From: an uncultured Gammaproteobacteria bacterium
GTDB lineage: Bacteria > Pseudomonadota > Gammaproteobacteria > Xanthomonadales > Xanthomonadaceae
Length of the DNA stretch: 64,000 bases
Reading direction: 5' to 3'
Assembly (NCBI GenBank): GCA_965649985.1
Contig: CBFGMS010000014.1
Coordinates: 5,457 to 69,456, forward strand
Shown here: piece after piece, positions 38,014-47,179 of the stretch
Layout of the letters: every line of letters starts with the position of its first letter
Position numbering within the stretch: position 1 is the first letter of the stretch
Notes under the pieces: model-generated
Told to the model about the DNA's origin: nothing
The model's database searches: none
Seen by the model: only the letters and a program-made list of their open reading frames with translations
Translations under genes and position numbers: made by a program

Positions 38014-39753
38014 ATGCGTAGAGACCTGTCCGGCCAGGGCGCCTCGCGCGGGAGCGCGCTCGGTCGCGCACGCGTGCGCCTGGCGCATGCGCTGGAAGTC
38101 GACGACACCCGCATCCCGGACGAGGAGATCGAAGCCGAACTGGAACGCATCCACGACGCGGTGGACGTGGTCCGCGCCGAGATGCACGCCCTGCGCGAAC
38201 GCCTGCACGGCGCGTTGGCGCACGAGGTGGGCGAGTTCCTCGACCTGCACGCGCTGCTGCTGGACGACCCCGAGCTGCTGGCCGGCATCGACGAGATGAT
38301 CCGCACCGGCCGCTACAGCGCCGACTACGCCCTGCGCCTGCAGCGCGACCGCATCGCCGGGGTGTTCGCGGGCATGGACGATGCCTACCTGCGCAGCCGC
38401 ATCGACGACATCGACCAGGTGGTCGGACGCATCCACGCCGCCCTGCACAAGCGCGAGGCCGATCTGCAGGGCGTGGCCGGCGACATCCTGATCGCCGACA
38501 GCGTGGCCCCCACCGAGCTGGCCCAGCTGCACGCGCAGGGCGTGCTGGCGGTGGTGACCACCGGCGGCAGTCCGCTCTCGCACACGGCCATCCTGGCGCG
38601 CAGCCTGCACGTGCCGCTGGTGATCGGCGCCGACCAGGCGCTGCAGCGGGTGAACGACGGCGACGTGGTGGTGGTGGACGGCGGCAGCGGGCTGGTGATC
38701 GTCGAACCCGACGCCGCCGATCTGCGTGCGCACCGCGACCGCGTGAAGGACTACACCCGCGAGCGCAAGCAGCTGCACCGGCTGCGCCGCGAGCCCACGC
38801 GTACCCGCGACGGCGTCGACATCAGGCTCTGGGCGAACGCCGAGTCGCGCGACGACGTGGCCGAGGCCCACGCGCTGGGCGCGGCGGGCGTGGGCCTGTA
38901 CCGCACCGAATTCCTGTTCATCAACCGCCCGGCCGAGCTGCGCCTGACCCTGCCCGACGAGGAGGAGCAGTTCCGCGCCTATCGCGATCTGGTGCTGGGC
39001 ATGACCGGACGCACGGTCACCATCCGCACCCTGGACATCGGCGCCGACAAGGCCGACGCCACCGGGCTGGCCCTGACCGACGAACCCAACCCCGCGCTCG
39101 GCCTGCGCGGCGTGCGGCTGTCGCTGTCGCGCATGGACCTGTTCCGCTCGCAGCTGCGCGCGATCGTCCGCGCGAGCGCCTACGGGCCGGTGCGCGTGCT
39201 GGTGCCGATGATCAGCGGGCGCGAGGAAATCCGCGCGGTGAAGACCCTGCTGGAGGTGGTGCGCCGCGAACTGCGCGCCGAAGGTTGCGCCATCGCCGAA
39301 CACCTGCCGTTGGGCGCGATGATCGAGGTGCCCTCGGCGGCGATCATGCTGCAGAGCTTCATCGACGACGTCGACTTCATCTCCATCGGCACCAACGATC
39401 TGGTGCAGTACCTGCTGGCCGCCGACCGCACCAACGAGGCGATCGGCGACCTGTACACGCCGCTGCACCCGGCGGTGCTGCGTCTGTTGTTCGACGTCAT
39501 CCGCGTGGCGCGCACCCGCGGACGGCCGGTGGCGGTCTGCGGCGAGATCGCCGGCGACCCGCTGTTCGCGCCGGTGCTGCTGGCGCTTGGCCTGGAAGAA
39601 CTCAGCCTGCACCCCGGCACGCTGCTGGAAGTGCGCCGCGCCATCCGCGCACTCGACCACGGCGCCCTGCGCGGGCGTGCCGCCTCGCTGCTGCGCGCCC
39701 GCGACCGTGCGGGCATCGCACGCTGGCTCGCCAAGGCGGGCATCACCGCCTGA
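38014..39753 (+). CDS. ptsI: Phosphoenolpyruvate-protein phosphotransferase (PTS Enzyme I, no GAF domain)
   Basis: ORF 38014..39753. Phospho-His motif GGSPLSHTAILARSL and a PEP-utilising C-terminal TIM-barrel region (GTNDLVQYLLA). Confidence 0.9.
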   Translation: MRRDLSGQGASRGSALGRARVRLAHALEVDDTRIPDEEIEAELERIHDAVDVVRAEMHALRERLHGALAHEVGEFLDLHALLLDDPELLAGIDEMIRTGRYSADYALRLQRDRIAGVFAGMDDAYLRSRIDDIDQVVGRIHAALHKREADLQGVAGDILIADSVAPTELAQLHAQGVLAVVTTGGSPLSHTAILARSLHVPLVIGADQALQRVNDGDVVVVDGGSGLVIVEPDAADLRAHRDRVKDYTRERKQLHRLRREPTRTRDGVDIRLWANAESRDDVAEAHALGAAGVGLYRTEFLFINRPAELRLTLPDEEEQFRAYRDLVLGMTGRTVTIRTLDIGADKADATGLALTDEPNPALGLRGVRLSLSRMDLFRSQLRAIVRASAYGPVRVLVPMISGREEIRAVKTLLEVVRRELRAEGCAIAEHLPLGAMIEVPSAAIMLQSFIDDVDFISIGTNDLVQYLLAADRTNEAIGDLYTPLHPAVLRLLFDVIRVARTRGRPVAVCGEIAGDPLFAPVLLALGLEELSLHPGTLLEVRRAIRALDHGALRGRAASLLRARDRAGIARWLAKAGITA

Positions 39754-39828
39754 GCCGGCGCGCCGGCAGCCTGCGGTGCGAGACGGCATACAATCCAGCG
39801 GGGATCCGCCCCTGGAGACGCGACCACG

Positions 39829-40530
39829 ATGACCGACGCCCAGACGCCGGGCCAGTTCTCGGAGAACTGGTTCGAACACAACATCCCGCACTGGCAGCGC
39901 TGGCTGGGCGACTTCGCCGGCCGTCCCGGGGTGCGCATGCTGGAAATCGGCAGCTTCGAGGGCCGCTCCACGCGGTGGCTGTGCGAGCACATCCTCACCG
40001 CCGACGATGCCCGCATCGACTGCCTGGATCTGTTCGCGCCCGACCCGGTGTACGGCGACTACCCCGCCCGCTTCCGCGCCAACACCGCGGCGCATGCGCG
40101 CAAGATCCGCATGTGGCCCGGCCCCAGCTTCGACAGCCTGCGCAGGGTCGAGGGGCCGTACGACATCGTCTACATCGACGGCTGGCATTCGGCCTTCGGC
40201 GCACTGGCCGACGGCGTGATGAGCTGGCCCCTGCTCAAGGTGGGCGGGGTGATGATCTTCGACGACTACCTGTGGGTGCCGCCGAAGCTCGGTCCGCCGC
40301 CCAGGCTCGGCTGGTGGGAGCGCAAGAAGCTCAAGTGGCAGGGGCTCAGCCGCCAGGAGGTCTCGCGCATGCGCCAGATCGCCAGCGTCGCCGTCGACAC
40401 GCCGAAACTCGGTGTCGACGGCCTGCTCGCCACGCTGGAGGGCCACTACGCCCCGCTCGGCGCCGAGTACCAGCTGGCCGTGCGCAAGACCCGCGATTTC
40501 GAACAGGGGCAGCTCGGGCACGACACCTGA
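39829..40530 (+). CDS. Class I SAM-dependent methyltransferase (Methyltransf_24-like)
   Basis: ORF 39829..40530. Motif I MLEIGSFEGRS, DIVYIDGWH, GGVMIFDDY. Substrate unknown. Confidence 0.7.
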   Translation: MTDAQTPGQFSENWFEHNIPHWQRWLGDFAGRPGVRMLEIGSFEGRSTRWLCEHILTADDARIDCLDLFAPDPVYGDYPARFRANTAAHARKIRMWPGPSFDSLRRVEGPYDIVYIDGWHSAFGALADGVMSWPLLKVGGVMIFDDYLWVPPKLGPPPRLGWWERKKLKWQGLSRQEVSRMRQIASVAVDTPKLGVDGLLATLEGHYAPLGAEYQLAVRKTRDFEQGQLGHDT

Positions 40531-40768
40531 GCCCGGCCGGGGACGGCTCCCTGCGCCAGGACACATCGGAGCCTGCGCGGAGTCCGCGCAGCGCACGACG
40601 GCGGGCGCCCGTGCGCGATCCGGGGCCGGAGGCCGGCGACGCCTCGGAGGCATGACACGCCGATCTCGACGGCCGCCCGGAGATCGCCTGGGCGCTGCAC
40701 GCGGCACCGCGCGTCCGGCCCGTGCGCGCCATCGCATTTCCTTCGGCATCAGGCGGTCTGTTCGGGCG

Positions 40769-40812
40769 TCGTGATGCCTTCGTGATCGCCTCGTGATCCA
40801 TCCATGATGGCC
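40769..40812. repeat. 11-bp tandem repeat, 4 copies (TCGTGATnCnn)
   Basis: TCGTGATGCCT / TCGTGATCGCC / TCGTGATCCAT / CCATGATGGCC read directly. A further TGTGATGCGGC lies at 40822. About 250-290 nt upstream of the orphan secreted-protein gene. Confidence 0.85.
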
Positions 40813-41060
40813 GTGCATGCATGTGATGCGGCCGGTGACGAGAGTGTCGCCGTGGATGGCGACGCGATGACGCGGCACCGCACCCGGCATCGCATCGGGC
40901 ACCGCGCCCGGCCATCCACACCACGCCCAAGGCAAAGCCGGGGACGTCGGCCGGACGCGCCCGGGACGGAACACCGTCCCCACGCGGCCCCTGCGCCGTC
41001 CCCCGGACTCGACGCCGGTGGCCACTCCGCCCGCACACCCGATCTCAAGGAACGAAGCTC

Positions 41061-42626
41061 ATGCGTACACGTACGACTGCACAGGCCGCCGTGCTCCCCG
41101 CCGCCCTGGCACTGGCCCTGCTGGCGCCTGCCGCCCTGGCCCAGACACTCCCCGCGGCCGGCACCACCGCGTCGGGGCTCTACACCCTGCCCAGCTCGCG
41201 CACGACCGCCGGCGAGCACCAATGGGTGATCCGGATCCTGGCCGTCCACCCGGGGCCGATCGTCGTCCCCCGGCGCATGTACACCACCTCCTGCACCACC
41301 GGCGGGGTGAGGAAGTTCTTCACCTCCATGACCTCCCGGACCACCGGCGGCGCGCACGAGGGCATGCTGCTCTCCGGCGACGTCACCAGCACCGGCGCGG
41401 TCAACAACTTCACCTCCCGGGTCTTCTCCGCCTGCAAGGAAATGAGCGGCATCGTGGCGGACGCCAGCTGCTCCACGGTCGCGGCCCTGTGCCGCAGGGC
41501 GTCGGGATCGACCGGGGCGACCCGGGACCTGGTGGCCAACCTGCCGAACACGACGGCCGGCAACGACTGGAAGAACTGGCTCACCTCCGAGGCCGTGGAC
41601 GACCAGATGTGGCTCTACGAGTGGAAGGGCAGTCCGGCCACGCCGACCAACAGCACGTCCGCATTCAACAGCTACGTGGTGAGCAAGGCCATCGGCGGCG
41701 GCTGGGAGTACGGGCACCACAATCTGGTCATGGCCGGCACGCACTACGGCGTCTCGCTGAAGTCCACCACCGGCAAGGACGCCAACGGGACCCAGCACCA
41801 GGGCGACAGCTTCATCGCGGTCACCCGCGTCGCCACGCCTTCCAGCACCAGCATCGACATGGCCCGCGGCTGGAAGTGGGCCTGCGCCAGCGGCCACACC
41901 CTGGCCAATCGCCCGGTGCTCAGCACCACCGGCAAGTTCGGCGCGTTCTGCACCACCGACTGGAACAACGCCGCCAACAACTACACCAAGGGCGGCATCT
42001 TCATGCGCGTGGAAGGCTCGAGCGCGGCGCTGACCCACAGCATCTTCAAGTCCACGGCCAGCCCGCTGCGCTTCAACGGCGGCGGCACCTCGATCCTGCC
42101 GACCGCCAACGGCGAGTTCATCGGCGTCATGGTCGGTTCCAGCAACCCGGCCGTCGCCGAGCGTTCGAAGATCGGCCTGGTGCGCTTCAACAGCGCGGGC
42201 GCGCGGCTGTCCACGGTCTGGATCAAGAGCAGCAGCACCCACTTCCTGTCCTATCCGCAGCTGGTCTCGCTGGGCAACGACGCCAGTGGCACGCCGCGCT
42301 ACCTGCTCGGCTGGGCACAGATGATGGTCTCCAACGCCACCTCCACCTTCGACAGCCCCAGGCCCGACCACACCCAGCGCCTGGCCACCAAGTATTTCCT
42401 GCAGGAGATCGACGCCAACGGCAACGCGAAGTCGGCGGTCCGGGAACTGGTGCACGGCTGGGGCGAACAGGACCAGATGGTGTCGCTGGGCGCGAAGCGC
42501 GCAGGCTGGGTGTACCGCCCCGACGGCCGCATCGTGCTCTCCGCGGACGGCACGACGGTCACCAGCCTGCCGTCGCCCAACTCCACCCAGCTCATCTTCA
42601 TGACCTACACCTCGACGTCCATGTAA
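41061..42626 (+). CDS. Secreted protein of unknown function (521 aa, Ser/Thr/Gly/Asn-rich)
   Basis: ORF 41061..42626. Signal peptide MRTRTTAQAAVLPAALALALLAPAALAQ and uniformly high GC3 in this frame (checked by hand over about 300 codons). Followed by a strong terminator. No family recognised. Confidence 0.75.
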   Translation: MRTRTTAQAAVLPAALALALLAPAALAQTLPAAGTTASGLYTLPSSRTTAGEHQWVIRILAVHPGPIVVPRRMYTTSCTTGGVRKFFTSMTSRTTGGAHEGMLLSGDVTSTGAVNNFTSRVFSACKEMSGIVADASCSTVAALCRRASGSTGATRDLVANLPNTTAGNDWKNWLTSEAVDDQMWLYEWKGSPATPTNSTSAFNSYVVSKAIGGGWEYGHHNLVMAGTHYGVSLKSTTGKDANGTQHQGDSFIAVTRVATPSSTSIDMARGWKWACASGHTLANRPVLSTTGKFGAFCTTDWNNAANNYTKGGIFMRVEGSSAALTHSIFKSTASPLRFNGGGTSILPTANGEFIGVMVGSSNPAVAERSKIGLVRFNSAGARLSTVWIKSSSTHFLSYPQLVSLGNDASGTPRYLLGWAQMMVSNATSTFDSPRPDHTQRLATKYFLQEIDANGNAKSAVRELVHGWGEQDQMVSLGAKRAGWVYRPDGRIVLSADGTTVTSLPSPNSTQLIFMTYTSTSM

Positions 42627-42726
42627 GCGGGGCATGTCACCGGGCATGCAGGCCGGGCGCGTGGGCTGCGCCCAGGAGCGAGCCGTCCCCGGCCGCGCCA
42701 TCTGCATCGCCTCGCGAGGATTGATC

Positions 42727-42760
42727 CGCAGGCCCGGCCGAGCGCCGGGCCTGCGTTTTG
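42727..42760 (+). terminator. Rho-independent terminator downstream of the orphan secreted-protein gene
   Basis: CGCAGGCCCGGC-CGAGC-GCCGGGCCTGCG, a perfect 12-bp stem followed by TTTTG. Confidence 0.75.
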
Positions 42761-43072
42761 TGGGCAGGCCACGGCCACCACGGCCTTCGCCAACGCATTC
42801 AAGGCATGGCCGCTGCATTCCGGTCAACGCAGGGAGAGGCGGCAAGCGACGCCGCCGCGCCGTCGCATGGGCCATTCAGCCGTCGCGCATCCCTGCACGC
42901 GCGCGTGCGCGCCTGCGGGACGACGTTCACCGCTCATGAGCCGCCACCACGGCCTCCGGGCGGATGGCGGGGGTGGGCATTCCACCGACCGAGGTCCATA
43001 ATCGGGGAATGGACACCTGACCCCGCGCGCCGTGGCATGCCCCGAAGGCCGCGCCCCCACCGGAACCTTCGC

Positions 43073-44434
43073 ATGGCCGAGACCATCCGCCACGACAAGA
43101 CCGCGCGCCAGTTGCGTCTGTTGTCCGACGCGCTCGACAGCGGCCGCCTGGGCCCGGTCAAGCGGCTGATCAACACCCTCTCCGCCGCCGAGATCGGCAA
43201 CCTGCTGGAGTCGCTGCCGCCGGGCAAGCGCACCATCGTCTGGGGCCTGGTCGACGCCGAGGACGACGGCGAGGTGCTGGTGCACGTCGGCGACGAGGTG
43301 CGCGAAAGCCTGATTGCGGAGATGGACCCCGACGAGCTGGTGGCGGCGGTCGAGGACCTGGACATCGACGACCTGGCCGACCTGGTCGACGACCTGCCGG
43401 ACACGGTCATCGACGAAGTGCTGAAGTCGATGGACCGCGAGAACCGCGAGCGTCTGGAACAGGCGCTGTCCTACGACGAGGACACCGCGGGCCGCCTGAT
43501 GAATCCGGATGTGGTCACGGTGCGCGCCGACACCACGGTCGACGTGGTGCTGCGCTACCTGCGCCTGCGCGGCGAGCTGCCCGAGCACACCGACCACCTC
43601 TACGTGGTGAGCCGTCGCCATCAGTATCTCGGCCGCATCGCGCTGCAGTCGCTGCTGACCCGCGAGGCGAGCACGCCGATCAATCAGCTGATCGACGACG
43701 AGCAGCCGGCGATCGACGTGCACGAGACCGCGGACGAGGTGGCGCGCCAGTTCTCCGACCGCGACTGGATCAGCGCGCCGGTGGTCGACGACAACAACGT
43801 GCTGCTCGGCCGCATCACCATCGACGACGTGGTCGACATCATCCGCTACCAGGCCGAGCATCAGGCGCTGGGCGCGGCCGGTCTGGACGAAGAGGAAGAC
43901 CTCTTCAGCCCGGTGCCCCGCGCCACCAAGCGCCGTGCGATCTGGCTGGGCATCAACCTCGCCACGGCGTTTCTGGCCTCGTGGGTGATCGGCCGCTTCG
44001 AGGACACGCTGGAGCGCATCGTCGCCCTCGCGGTGCTGATGCCGATCGTCGCCAGCATGGGCGGCGTCGCCGGCACGCAGACGCTCACGCTGGTGGTGCG
44101 CGGCCTGGCGCTGGGCCAGGTGGGCCGCGGCAACCTGCGCGCGCTGCTGAGCAAGGAAGTGCTGGTGGGCCTGCTCAACGGTGTGATCTGGGCGCTGGTG
44201 GTGGCGGTGGCGGCGATGGCCTGGTTCCGCGACCTCAAGCTGGGCCTGGTGATCGGCGCGGCGATGACCATCAACCTCGTGGCCGCCGCACTGGCCGGCG
44301 TGCTGGTGCCGCTGACGCTCAAACGCATGAACATTGACCCGGCGCTCGCCGGCGGCGTGGTGCTGACCACGGTGACCGATGTGGTGGGGTTTCTGAGTTT
44401 TCTCGGATTGGCGACGCTGATTCTGCTGCGCTGA
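43073..44434 (+). CDS. mgtE: Magnesium transporter MgtE
   Basis: Tail of ORF 42758..44434 from MAETIRHDK (ATG 43073). MgtE_N acidic helix (DDLADLVDDLPD), CBS pair, and TM domain with MPIVASMGGVAGTQ. Confidence 0.95.
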   Translation: MAETIRHDKTARQLRLLSDALDSGRLGPVKRLINTLSAAEIGNLLESLPPGKRTIVWGLVDAEDDGEVLVHVGDEVRESLIAEMDPDELVAAVEDLDIDDLADLVDDLPDTVIDEVLKSMDRENRERLEQALSYDEDTAGRLMNPDVVTVRADTTVDVVLRYLRLRGELPEHTDHLYVVSRRHQYLGRIALQSLLTREASTPINQLIDDEQPAIDVHETADEVARQFSDRDWISAPVVDDNNVLLGRITIDDVVDIIRYQAEHQALGAAGLDEEEDLFSPVPRATKRRAIWLGINLATAFLASWVIGRFEDTLERIVALAVLMPIVASMGGVAGTQTLTLVVRGLALGQVGRGNLRALLSKEVLVGLLNGVIWALVVAVAAMAWFRDLKLGLVIGAAMTINLVAAALAGVLVPLTLKRMNIDPALAGGVVLTTVTDVVGFLSFLGLATLILLR

Positions 44435-44499
44435 CACGCGGGGCGCGGAATCCAGGCGGCCGGCATCAGGGCATCGGGATTGGGGAACGGCTCACATCT

Positions 44500-44582
44500 G
44501 TCGTCCCGATCGCAGCGAGGGATCTGCTTTGCGGATGCGGCGATGCGCGGAAAAGCAGGCCCCTCGCTGCGCTGGGGACGAC
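44500..44582. repeat. Palindromic REP/MITE-like element, copy B
   Basis: Arms GTCGTCCCGATCGCAGCGAGGGATCTGCTT (44500-44529) and AAGCAGGCCCCTCGCTGCGCTGGGGACGAC (44553-44582), about 26/30 complementary. Same family as copy A. Starts 66 nt downstream of the mgtE stop. Confidence 0.85.
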
Positions 44583-44651
44583 AAGCTGAAGCATCACACT
44601 CAAACACCAGGCAGAAGTACCGAGCTGAAGCCCCAAGCTTAAGCACCAGCT

Positions 44652-44685
44652 GAAACTCCAAGCTCAAACTCCAAGATCAAACTCC
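44652..44685. repeat. 13-bp tandem repeat, about 2.6 copies (CAAACTCCAAGnT) within a low-GC segment
   Basis: GAAACTCCAAGCT / CAAACTCCAAGAT / CAAACTCC. The surrounding 44583-44690 also repeats AGCTGAAG and CCAAGCT. Confidence 0.8.
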
Positions 44686-45018
44686 GGCCCATGGCGCGAC
44701 CGAGCCGCGCGCCGGCGAGACCTTCTCGCGAAGGAGGCCGTGGAATCCAGCGACAACGGCTGCGCAGCCACCGGCTGCGCCCCCTGCCGCAGCGCAACAT
44801 CGTGCGCTCGTCGACAGGCGACGCATCGCTTCGAGGCGATCGGCACAACGGCATGCGAGAGCGCAGCGCAGCCCGCGATGCATGGTCCGCACGCATCGCA
44901 TCGGCCGCATCGACGATACGCCTGCGCATGCACCTGAAAACGTATTCGACTTGATCGCCATCCTCTGTCGACGTACACCCACCCCTCTTCGCCGGCCACT
45001 CTTCGAGGGAGATCGCGC

Positions 45019-46494
45019 ATGCGTCTGTCCATCCGCTTCGCCGCCATCGCACTGCTCGCGGCCGTCGCGCCCACGCCGGCGTCGTCCTCCACACCGGCGC
45101 CTGCCGCCCAGGCATCGCACACCACCACGCCATCGACTACCACCGCACACTCGAACACCGTGAACGCCGAGACCGACACGCGCTACCAGCCCAAGCCCTA
45201 CATCACGCTGCAGAACCCGGCGTGGTCGAAGGATGCGGTGCTGTACCAGATCAACACGCGGCAGTTCACGCCCGAAGGCACGTTCCGCGCCGCGCAGCGC
45301 GAGCTGCCGCGGCTGAAGGCGCTGGGCGTCGACATCCTGTGGCTGATGCCGATCCACCCCATCGGCGAGAAGAACCGCAAGGGCACGCTGGGCAGCCCCT
45401 ACGCGGTGCGCGACTACTACGGCGTGAACCCGGAGTTCGGCTCACTCGAGGATCTCAAGGCCTTCGTCGACGCCGCGCACGCGCAGGGCATGCGCGTGAT
45501 CCTCGACTGGGTGGCCAACCACACCGCCTGGGACAACCCGCTGGTCGAGCAGCACCCGGAGTGGTACGCCCGCGACTGGAAGGGCGATTTCCACCCGACG
45601 CCGTGGTGGGACTGGCACGACATCATCAATCTGGATTATTCGCAGCCCGGCCTGCGCAAATACATGACCGAGGCGATGGTCTACTGGGTGCGCGATGTCG
45701 GCATCGACGGTTACCGTGCCGACGTGGCCGGCTTCGTGCCGCTGGATTTCTGGGAAAACCTGCGCGAGGAACTCGATGCGGTCAGGCCCGGGCCGTCCGA
45801 TGGCGTCTTCCTGCTCGCCGAATGGGAATCGCGCGACCTGCACGCACGCGCGTTCGACGCCACCTATGCATGGAGCTGGTACGAGGCGATGCATCGCATC
45901 GCCAAGGGCCAGGCCGACGTGAACGCGCTCTACGTGTACTACTCGTGGAACGAGGCCTTTTTCCCGCGCGGCGGCATGCGCATGACCTTCGTCAGCAACC
46001 ACGACAAGAACGCATGGGAAGGCACCGAATTCGAGGCCTTCGGCGACGCGCTGCCGGCGGCGATGGTGCTGTCCTTCGTCGGCGAAGGCATTCCGCTGAT
46101 CTACAACGGCCAGGAGGCCGGCTACGACAAGCGCCTGGCGTTCTTCGAGAAGGACCCGATCCAGTGGCGCACGCACGCCAACGGCGCGCTGTACGCGAAA
46201 CTCATCGCGTTCAAGACCTCCACCACCGCCCTGCACAACGGCCGCTGGGGCGCTCCGATGATCCATGTGCCCAACGACCGCGGCGCACAGGTGCTGAGCT
46301 TCGTGCGCCAGGACGATCAGTCCAAGGTGTTCGCGGTGTTCAATCTCTCCGCGCAGGCGCAGACCGTGCGCTTCCAGCAGACGCTCCACCACGGCGAGTA
46401 TCTCGATCACTTCAGCGGCCGGGAAGCCGCTCTGGACGGCGCCACGGCGATGTCCCTGCGCCCCTGGGAATACCGGGTGTATCGCTCACGCTGA
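45019..46494 (+). CDS. Secreted alpha-amylase family glycoside hydrolase (GH13)
   Basis: ORF 45019..46494. Signal peptide and GH13 regions DWVANHT, GYRADVA, LAEWE, FVSNHD. Confidence 0.9.
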   Translation: MRLSIRFAAIALLAAVAPTPASSSTPAPAAQASHTTTPSTTTAHSNTVNAETDTRYQPKPYITLQNPAWSKDAVLYQINTRQFTPEGTFRAAQRELPRLKALGVDILWLMPIHPIGEKNRKGTLGSPYAVRDYYGVNPEFGSLEDLKAFVDAAHAQGMRVILDWVANHTAWDNPLVEQHPEWYARDWKGDFHPTPWWDWHDIINLDYSQPGLRKYMTEAMVYWVRDVGIDGYRADVAGFVPLDFWENLREELDAVRPGPSDGVFLLAEWESRDLHARAFDATYAWSWYEAMHRIAKGQADVNALYVYYSWNEAFFPRGGMRMTFVSNHDKNAWEGTEFEAFGDALPAAMVLSFVGEGIPLIYNGQEAGYDKRLAFFEKDPIQWRTHANGALYAKLIAFKTSTTALHNGRWGAPMIHVPNDRGAQVLSFVRQDDQSKVFAVFNLSAQAQTVRFQQTLHHGEYLDHFSGREAALDGATAMSLRPWEYRVYRSR

Positions 46495-46657
46495 ACGGCT
46501 GGCACACGCCGAGGGCCGGCACATCCTGGGCGGCCACGCATCGTTGTGCGGAAGGCCGTCACATTTGTGCCATGCGCAGGTGCGACGGCCATGGGATGGG
46601 GCCGCCATGATCGCGCGCGGAAGGTTTTTTTAACCTCTTCTCATAACCATTTGCCAT

Positions 46658-46686
46658 TTGATCGGGCATCCGGGCTGCGCTACTAA
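46658..46686 (+). promoter_or_regulatory. Candidate sigma-70 promoter of the Rrf2-sulfate cluster
   Basis: TTGATC-N17-TACTAA in the only AT-rich patch upstream of the Rrf2 gene. An inverted repeat CCTAC-N7-GTAGG (46689-46705) follows directly. Prediction by eye only. Confidence 0.3.
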
Positions 46687-46723
46687 TCCCTACACATCAA
46701 GTAGGAATAGAGCCCTGCAGACG

Positions 46724-47179
46724 ATGATGACCATGAAAGCGAAGTACGCGCTGCGCGCGCTCACCGAACTCGCATGGAGCGACGGCAGTTCGATGCGGGC
46801 GCATGTCCTGGCCGCGCGCGCCGGCGTTCCCGGCAAGTTCCTGGAAACCATCCTGGTCGAGCTTCGCCAGGCGGGATTGATCGAAAGCCGTCGCGGACAA
46901 AGCGGTGGGCACAGCCTCGCGCGCCCGGCGACGGACATCATGGTGGGCGACGTGATCCGCACGATCGACGGTCCGCTGGCGATGATCCGCTGCGCCAGCG
47001 TGAGCGCATACGCGCCCTGCGCCGATTGCGCGCAACCGGAGCGGTGCTCGCTGCGCCTGCTGATGCGCGAGGCACGCGAAGCGCTGTCGAGCGTGCTGGA
47101 TCACCACAGCCTGCATGATTTCGCCTACGGCACCCTGGCCGACCGCGACGGCAGGGCTGCCCAGGGAGGAGAGACATGA
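46724..47179 (+). CDS. Rrf2 family transcriptional regulator (Cys-containing, IscR/CymR-like)
   Basis: Frame of ORF 46658..47179, start at ATG 46724 (alternative 46733). N-terminal wHTH KAKYALRALTELA and Cys triad C..C..C....C (CASVSAYAPCADCAQPERC). Confidence 0.85.
   Translation: MMTMKAKYALRALTELAWSDGSSMRAHVLAARAGVPGKFLETILVELRQAGLIESRRGQSGGHSLARPATDIMVGDVIRTIDGPLAMIRCASVSAYAPCADCAQPERCSLRLLMREAREALSSVLDHHSLHDFAYGTLADRDGRAAQGGET

Noticed and set aside
36781-41025. A 1414-aa minus-strand ORF
   Set aside because: It is antisense to the EIIA, HPr, ptsI and methyltransferase genes, all with clear catalytic motifs on the + strand. The sequence is low-complexity and Arg/Gly/Ala-rich.
42761-43072. 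A possible Mg2+ (M-box) riboswitch or other leader upstream of mgtE
   Set aside because: I could not recognise M-box conserved segments by eye. M-box control of mgtE is a Firmicute feature as far as I know. Only a GC palindrome (GCACGCGCGCGTGC near 42893) is visible. An Rfam/Infernal scan would settle it.
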